From positions 2,912,001-2,976,000 of the forward strand of contig OZ241889.1 of assembly GCA_965203355.1 (NCBI GenBank): DNA of 64,000 bases, in the 5' to 3' direction. Positions 58,513 through 64,000 of the stretch are shown here, in pieces. Position 1 is the first letter of the stretch; each line of letters begins with the position of its first letter. Below the pieces are notes generated by a model. That model ran no database searches. It saw nothing but the letters and a program-made list of their open reading frames with translations, and was not told the DNA's origin. A program made the translations under genes and the position numbers. This DNA comes from Candidatus Latescibacterota bacterium (GTDB taxonomy: Bacteria > Latescibacterota > UBA2968 > UBA8231).

Positions 58513-59433
58513 TCACTTAGTAACGCCCTCAAGGGCCAGCCGCCACATAGGCGTACTCATATACTTGTCGCCACCATCGCAAAATATCGTCACCACGACC
58601 CCTGTATCTAGCTGACGGGCAACTTCCAGCGCGGCCCAATAAGCTCCGCCCGAAGACTGGCCAACGAGAATCCCCTGCTCGACCGGCAGCCGCAGTGCCG
58701 TATCATAAGCATCATCGGTATCTATCGGTATTTTGTAGTCGAAGAGCGTCTCGTCGTAGATACCAGGGACAATTGAACTCTCCATGTGCTTAAGTCCTTC
58801 AATACCGTGAAACGGCTCAGCTGGCTCAGCGGCGATGATCTGGATCGCTGGATTGAACTTCCTAAGACCTCGGCCAGTGCCCATCAAGGTACCGCTGGTA
58901 CCAATAGTGGCAACAAAATGAGTGACGCGGCCTTGGGTTTGCTCCCAGATTTCGGGTGCCGTAGTATCGCGATGGGCGTACCAATTCGCGGGATTGTTGT
59001 ATTGATCGGGCTTGAAATACCGGTCGGGGTCGGCTTCGTATATCCGCCGTGCTTCCCGTATGGCCCCATCGGAAAGCTCTCCTGGGTCGGTGCATACCAC
59101 TTCGGCACCATAGGCGGCGAGAATGGCCTTGCGCTCGCGGCTGACGTTGGCCGGCATGGCCAATTTTACCCGATAGCCCTTGGCCGCCCCGATCATCGCG
59201 TAAGCAATGCCGGTATTTCCAGAAGTAGAGTCCAAAATGATCTTGCCTGGACCCAGCGACCCGTCCTGCTCGCCCTCCTCGATCATCCGCCGCGCCGGCC
59301 GGTCCTTGACGGACCCTCCAGGATTAAAAAACTCCAGCTTGGCATACACTTCCACCCTCGGTGGAATCGCCGGATCCCTCAGCCGCAAAAGCGGCGTATC
59401 ACCAATCTGTTCGACGACCGATAGACCAATCAC
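58513..59433 (-). CDS. cysM: Cysteine synthase B-like PLP enzyme (probably CysO-dependent)
   Basis: NPGGSVKDR, DQYNNPANW, IGTSGT; adjacent to mec and cysO. Confidence 0.82.
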   Translation of the reverse strand: MIGLSVVEQIGDTPLLRLRDPAIPPRVEVYAKLEFFNPGGSVKDRPARRMIEEGEQDGSLGPGKIILDSTSGNTGIAYAMIGAAKGYRVKLAMPANVSRERKAILAAYGAEVVCTDPGELSDGAIREARRIYEADPDRYFKPDQYNNPANWYAHRDTTAPEIWEQTQGRVTHFVATIGTSGTLMGTGRGLRKFNPAIQIIAAEPAEPFHGIEGLKHMESSIVPGIYDETLFDYKIPIDTDDAYDTALRLPVEQGILVGQSSGGAYWAALEVARQLDTGVVVTIFCDGGDKYMSTPMWRLALEGVTK

Positions 59434-59450
59434 AAAAATCTCCTCTCACG

Positions 59451-59479
59451 ATTAAAAGAACCAAAATCCACTATGTCAA
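59451..59479 (-). promoter_or_regulatory. Putative sigma-70 promoter of the cysM operon
   Basis: Minus strand TTGACA-N17-TTTAAT, then GAGGAG RBS. Confidence 0.6.
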
Positions 59480-59494
59480 CTAATTCCGTCTTTT

Positions 59495-59546
59495 CTTGAC
59501 ACGCTCCAAGCTACCTTCTACTTGACACGCTCCAAGCTACCTTCTA
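59495..59546 (+). repeat. Perfect 26-bp tandem duplication within the putative aspS promoter
   Basis: CTTGACACGCTCCAAGCTACCTTCTA at 59495 and 59521. Confidence 0.95.
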
Positions 59547-59601
59547 TTTTTTGTTGTTTCCCATCTAAAATCCAATTTATTTTATCTTTTAGGTATAACT
59601 T

Positions 59602-61386
59602 ATGGAAGAGCCGAGCGAAGGCTTGGGCAACTGGGAGCGCACACACGATTGCGGCGCGCTCACAGATAAAGACATCGGTCAGCGCGTCCTGATAATGGGC
59701 TGGGTCTGGCGCCGTCGCGACCATGGCGGCGTCATTTTTATAGATCTCCGCGACCGCTATGGCATTACCCAAATCGTCTTCAATCCGCAGCGCGATCCCA
59801 CCTCCTACCAGCAGGCCGACCACTTGCGCAGTGAGTACGTCATCGCCGTACAAGGCGAAGTCGAGGCCCGCCCTGAAGGTATGGTCAACCCGCAGTTGCC
59901 CACCGGGGCTATTGAAGTAAACTGCGATCAGTTACGTCTCCTCAACCGCTGTCGGACCCCGCCTTTTCTCATTGAAGACCAAACCGACGCTGGAGAGGAA
60001 ATTCGGCTCAAGTATCGCTATCTGGACCTGCGGCGACCTCGTATTCAAGGCAATTTGCTACTCAGGCACCAGGGCTATCAGATCGTACGCCATCTGCTCA
60101 ACCAGCGCGACTTCATCGAAGTTGAAACGCCGTTTCTGACCAAGAGCACCCCCGAAGGGGCCCGAGATTATCTCGTCCCCAGTCGAGTACATCCCGGGCA
60201 GTTTTTCGCGCTGCCCCAATCGCCTCAAACTTACAAACAACTCTTGATGATCGCCGGCTACGACCGCTACTTCCAAATCGTCAAGTGCTTCCGCGACGAG
60301 GATTTGCGTGCCGACCGCCAGCCCGAATTTACCCAAATCGACATCGAAATGGCCTTCGTGCGCGAGGATCACGTCATGGCTATTGCCGAGGATATAACCC
60401 GCGCCCTTTTTGCTCAGTTGCGCCAAATCGAGTTACCCAATCCCTTTCCTCGACTCACCTATCGCGAAGCCATAGAGCACTTTGGATCCGATAAACCCGA
60501 CCTGCGTTTCGGTTTAGAGCTCAAAGATGTAGCGGCAGCAGCGCGCACGTCCCAATTCCAAGTCTTTCATTCCGTTCTTGACAGTGGTGGTCAAGTTAAA
60601 GGTATAAATGCCAAGGGCTGCAGTGGGTTCTCGAGGGGACAAATAGACGATTTAATCGCCTTCGCCCAAGGATTAGGTGCCAAGGGTCTTAGCTGGATCA
60701 AACACACCGACGCTGGCCTTGAATCCTCCATTGTCAAATTCTTCCCTCAAGCCGCTCAAACCGAGTTGATCGAGGCGCTCGCATCCGCCCCTGGCGATCT
60801 GATGCTTTTTGTCGCCGACGAGCCCAAGCAGGTCGCTCGGATACTCGGAGCACTGCGCTTGGAGTTGGCTCAGCGCCTCTCATTAGTAACCGAGGATTCT
60901 TGGCAACCCCTTTGGGTCAGCCAATTTCCACTGCTAGAACGCGACGAGGAAGCCAACCGCTTTACAGCCGTGCATCATCCCTTCACAGCGCCCTTGGAAG
61001 AGGATTTTCCCCTCTTGGATAGTGCCCCTGCCGACGCTAGAGCTCGAGCCTATGACTTGGTCCTCAACGGCAATGAAATTGCCGGGGGCAGCATACGAAT
61101 TTTCCAGCACTCAGTACAAGCCCGTCTTTTTCAGCTCTTAGAAATCGGGGCCGAAGAAGCCGCGGCCAAATTCGGCTTCCTCCTAGAAGCCCTCGACTAC
61201 GGAGCCCCGCCACACGGTGGTATTGCCTTTGGCTTTGACCGACTGATCGCCTTGCTCGCCAACGAAGATTCAATCCGCGAAGTCATCGCCTTCCCCAAGA
61301 CCAATAAGGCCGTGGGTTTGATGGAAAACACCCCTTCTTCCGTCGATTTGGGCCAGTTGCGCGAATTGGGTATTCGGTCTGCTTGA
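59602..61386 (+). CDS. aspS: Aspartate--tRNA ligase
   Basis: RDHGGVIFIDLRD, STPEGARDYLVPSR, FRDEDLRADRQPEFTQID, PPHGGIAFG. Confidence 0.98.
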   Translation: MEEPSEGLGNWERTHDCGALTDKDIGQRVLIMGWVWRRRDHGGVIFIDLRDRYGITQIVFNPQRDPTSYQQADHLRSEYVIAVQGEVEARPEGMVNPQLPTGAIEVNCDQLRLLNRCRTPPFLIEDQTDAGEEIRLKYRYLDLRRPRIQGNLLLRHQGYQIVRHLLNQRDFIEVETPFLTKSTPEGARDYLVPSRVHPGQFFALPQSPQTYKQLLMIAGYDRYFQIVKCFRDEDLRADRQPEFTQIDIEMAFVREDHVMAIAEDITRALFAQLRQIELPNPFPRLTYREAIEHFGSDKPDLRFGLELKDVAAAARTSQFQVFHSVLDSGGQVKGINAKGCSGFSRGQIDDLIAFAQGLGAKGLSWIKHTDAGLESSIVKFFPQAAQTELIEALASAPGDLMLFVADEPKQVARILGALRLELAQRLSLVTEDSWQPLWVSQFPLLERDEEANRFTAVHHPFTAPLEEDFPLLDSAPADARARAYDLVLNGNEIAGGSIRIFQHSVQARLFQLLEIGAEEAAAKFGFLLEALDYGAPPHGGIAFGFDRLIALLANEDSIREVIAFPKTNKAVGLMENTPSSVDLGQLRELGIRSA

Positions 61387-61422
61387 AAACTTACAAATAG
61401 GGTAGATTTTCACTTGTTCTGC

Positions 61423-61450
61423 TTGACATCCACTCTAGGTCGCCTATATT
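61423..61450 (+). promoter_or_regulatory. Putative sigma-70 promoter of the lipoprotein-LysM pair
   Basis: TTGACA-N16-TATATT; GGAGG RBS downstream. Confidence 0.6.
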
Positions 61451-61520
61451 TGTGGCCATATTCCGTTTATTAATGTAAGATCGCTGTTTGATCCTTAAGC
61501 TTAGGTGGAGGAATTACTTA

Positions 61521-61805
61521 ATGAACCGTCTTTCCACTTTATCCAACTTGAGATACTCGGGCGTCGCCTTGGCGGTAGTAGTTCTGTCGCTTGTCGCTAG
61601 CTGTTCGCGTGTTCCGTCACAGGAGGACATGGCATACCTAGAGCAACAGCGCCAAGCCACTCTGGCCGCCGAAGCGAAAGTAACCGAGCTACAAGCCGCA
61701 AAAGCACAGCTCGAGCGCGAACTCGCCGAGCGGCAAGCCACCCAAAAAGCACTAGAAGAAAAACTAGCCGCTACTAAGAACAACCTCGCCAACCAAGGTA
61801 AATAA
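61521..61805 (+). CDS. Small coiled-coil lipoprotein with C-terminal Lys
   Basis: Lipobox VASC (Cys28); Ala/Gln/Glu heptads; ends NLANQGK. Confidence 0.85.
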   Translation: MNRLSTLSNLRYSGVALAVVVLSLVASCSRVPSQEDMAYLEQQRQATLAAEAKVTELQAAKAQLERELAERQATQKALEEKLAATKNNLANQGK

Positions 61806-61831
61806 GAAAGGTAACAAGAAAGGGTCTGACC

Positions 61832-62662
61832 ATGAAGAAGTTGTCCGTTGGTGGGTTGGTTTTAGCATTGCTAGTCCTAGCGAGCGGAAACATCTCTGCT
61901 CAAGAGCAGCAGATGACCTGCGAGGAGTACATGGCTCTAGGGAATGAGCTCGTCAACCGCGAAAGCGCAGCCAACACCCAGATCGAAGAGCTAAACGCCC
62001 AGCTTGAAGCACTTAATATGCAGATTGTCCAGCTCGACCGGGCCAATGCCGAACTTAATGCCCAAACCCTCGCAGCAATCGGCCACTCTGAATCCGAAGT
62101 CATGGCCTTTGGGCGCGAGCTCGACGCTATTATCGCCCAACTCGAAGGGCTGATGGCACTGGCTCCAGAAGTGCTTATCATGCGGCGCGGTGAAATTACC
62201 GCCGTCGATTCTCGAGTCGCTGAACTCAAGCAGAGCAACATAGCCGCCCTGCCCGAAATGATGGACAAGCTAGCTACCATTGACCAGATGCTCGCAGACC
62301 TCAAAGCGCGCGTAGCCCAACCCGTGGCCATTGACTACAAGGTCGAGCGGGGAGACAACTTGTGGAATATCTCCAAAAAAGAACAAATCTACGACGATCC
62401 CTATATGTGGCCCCGCATCTACCGCAAGAATAAGGAGCAAATCAAAGACCCAGATTTAATTTATCCCAACCAAGTCTTGGCCGTGCCGTTTGGGGTAGCC
62501 GAAAATCAGTATTTGGTCTCCCGAGGAGATTTTCTCTTCAAAATTGCCGCCGAGCTTTATAACAATGCTGGCAAATGGCACAAAATCTACGAGGCCAACA
62601 AGCAACAAATTGTCGCGCCAGATGTGATTTTTCCTGCTCAAGTCCTCGAAATTCCCAAGTAA
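61832..62662 (+). CDS. Exported coiled-coil protein with two LysM domains
   Basis: Signal peptide; YKVERGDNLWNIS...PDLIYPNQVL and YLVSRGDFLFKIA...PDVIFPAQVL. Confidence 0.92.
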   Translation: MKKLSVGGLVLALLVLASGNISAQEQQMTCEEYMALGNELVNRESAANTQIEELNAQLEALNMQIVQLDRANAELNAQTLAAIGHSESEVMAFGRELDAIIAQLEGLMALAPEVLIMRRGEITAVDSRVAELKQSNIAALPEMMDKLATIDQMLADLKARVAQPVAIDYKVERGDNLWNISKKEQIYDDPYMWPRIYRKNKEQIKDPDLIYPNQVLAVPFGVAENQYLVSRGDFLFKIAAELYNNAGKWHKIYEANKQQIVAPDVIFPAQVLEIPK

Positions 62663-62697
62663 TTACAACTGCTTGATTTAAATACGGTTCAAGACTT

Positions 62698-62750
62698 AAA
62701 GGGGTTTGATTCTTCCGGGTTTTTGAGGGAAGGATTTCAAACCCCTTTTT
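62698..62750 (+). terminator. Intrinsic terminator after the LysM gene
   Basis: AAAGGGGTTTGA...TCAAACCCCTTT with T-rich tail. Confidence 0.75.
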
Positions 62751-62776
62751 GTATTTTTATTTAGCTACCAAGACCT

Positions 62777-63733
62777 ATGAAGGACATTTCTATCGCCGGC
62801 ATTGATCGCCGCTCTCTTTTCGGGCGCAACGATCAACACTTGGCTCATCTCGAAAAGAGATACGGCATTCGCTTAGTCGCTCGCGGCGACAAGCTCACGA
62901 TTAAGGGATCGGATGCCTCGGTACGCGAGGCCAATAGCTTCCTCAGTCCCCTCATAAAACGCATGCGCCACGGTCCGCCCATTGAAGCAGCCGAGCTAGA
63001 GAGCTTGATTCGCTGCAGCTCGATTCTGCCTAAGGGCACCCCCAGCACTCGCTCAAACTCCGTTGCTTATACCTATAAGACGAATATCTATGCCCGCACC
63101 GAAGGCCAAGCGAAATATCTCGCAGCCATCGACAACAACGACGTGGTCTTCGGCATCGGTCCGGCTGGCACCGGCAAGACGTACCTCGCGGTGGCCATGG
63201 CCGTTGCTGCGCTGCGGCAGAAGCAAATATCTCGCATCCTGCTCGCTCGGCCCGCGGTCGAAGCTGGAGAGAAGCTCGGTTTTTTACCTGGTTCTTTTGA
63301 GGATAAAGTCGATCCCTACTTGCGCCCACTCTACGACGCACTACAGGATCTCATGGAACCCGAGCGCCTGAGGCGGATGCAGGATATGAAAATTGTCGAG
63401 GTCGTGCCGCTGGCCTACATGCGCGGCCGCACTCTCAACGACTCGTTTATTATTCTCGACGAAGCCCAAAATACTACGCCACAGCAGATGAAGATGTTTC
63501 TCACTCGATTGGGTAGCCACTCAAAGGCCGTAGTTACTGGCGATATTACCCAAACTGACCTCCGCGATGACCAGCCTTCGGGCTTGGTCGTCGCACCCAA
63601 AATTCTAACCGGGATCGCAGGCCTGGCCTTTGTTCGGCTCAACGAACGAGATGTGGTGCGCAACCCGCTCGTGCAGAAGATCATCAAAGCCTACGACAGC
63701 TATGAGGAAACCCACGTCTCGGCCGATCCATGA
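62777..63733 (+). CDS. phoH: PhoH-family ATPase (YbeZ-like)
   Basis: GPAGTGKT, RPAVEAGEKLGFLPG, YMRGRTL, DEAQN. Confidence 0.95.
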   Translation: MKDISIAGIDRRSLFGRNDQHLAHLEKRYGIRLVARGDKLTIKGSDASVREANSFLSPLIKRMRHGPPIEAAELESLIRCSSILPKGTPSTRSNSVAYTYKTNIYARTEGQAKYLAAIDNNDVVFGIGPAGTGKTYLAVAMAVAALRQKQISRILLARPAVEAGEKLGFLPGSFEDKVDPYLRPLYDALQDLMEPERLRRMQDMKIVEVVPLAYMRGRTLNDSFIILDEAQNTTPQQMKMFLTRLGSHSKAVVTGDITQTDLRDDQPSGLVVAPKILTGIAGLAFVRLNERDVVRNPLVQKIIKAYDSYEETHVSADP

Positions 63734-64000
63734 ACGCCCTTAAACTCAAGTGGTTTGGTTCTAAACGCCGCAGCAATCAGCCCCAGCCTTGGCACCCGCA
63801 TAGCTCGTGGGTGTTCCACATTGCCTTGGCAGGACTAGTCATCGGCCTGCTCACCTATCTATCGCCTTACCAGCGTCCCTACAACGTTGCCCGGCTGCGC
63901 GTCGGCAGCGTCGCGCAAGAGCGCATCGAGGCTCCTTTTCTCTTTAACGTGCCCAAAAGCGATGCCGAATTGGAGCGCGAACGACAAGCAGCCAGCGCCG
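63730..64000 (+). CDS. Probable 7TM-HD (HDIG) phosphodiesterase N-terminus, truncated by window edge
   Basis: ATGA overlap with phoH; TM followed by VGSVAQERIEAPFSF; phoH-HD gene order is commonly conserved. Confidence 0.6.
   Translation, partial: MNALKLKWFGSKRRSNQPQPWHPHSSWVFHIALAGLVIGLLTYLSPYQRPYNVARLRVGSVAQERIEAPFLFNVPKSDAELERERQAASA

Overview
GC-rich bacterial chromosomal window. The gene content (FlgD/T9SS-type C-terminal domain, CRTAC1, ACIII, many Gfo/Idh/MocA and amidohydrolase genes, repeat-rich surface proteins) suggests an FCB-group lineage such as Latescibacterota, possibly host-associated; this is inference only. Core content: a complete alternative complex III plus caa3-type (A2) oxidase operon (actABCDEFG-sco-coxBACD), tRNA-Arg(CCT), tRNA-Lys(TTT), tRNA-Tyr(GTA), argG, mdh, a sigma-70 factor, hemW, lepA, rpsT, a cysM-mec-cysO-cysK sulfur-carrier cluster, aspS and phoH. 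Accessory content: a WG-repeat protein with near-identical 102-bp repeats, an orphan antitoxin with a RelE-like stub, vapBC, a mosaic S8 protease followed by a paralogous duplicate of its own 3' end, a 12-Ig-domain autotransporter and an HNH nuclease. I found no integrase, transposase, reverse transcriptase or CRISPR array. The best candidates for undescribed systems are (i) a TonB-less ExbB/ExbD-like module whose ExbD-like subunit lacks the canonical transmembrane Asp, coupled to a membrane-anchored jelly-roll protein (34606-37000) and convergent with two coiled-coil envelope genes, and (ii) a Braun-lipoprotein-like coiled-coil lipoprotein with a C-terminal Lys paired with a 2xLysM protein (61521-62662). 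All calls are from motif recognition by eye; no searches were run.
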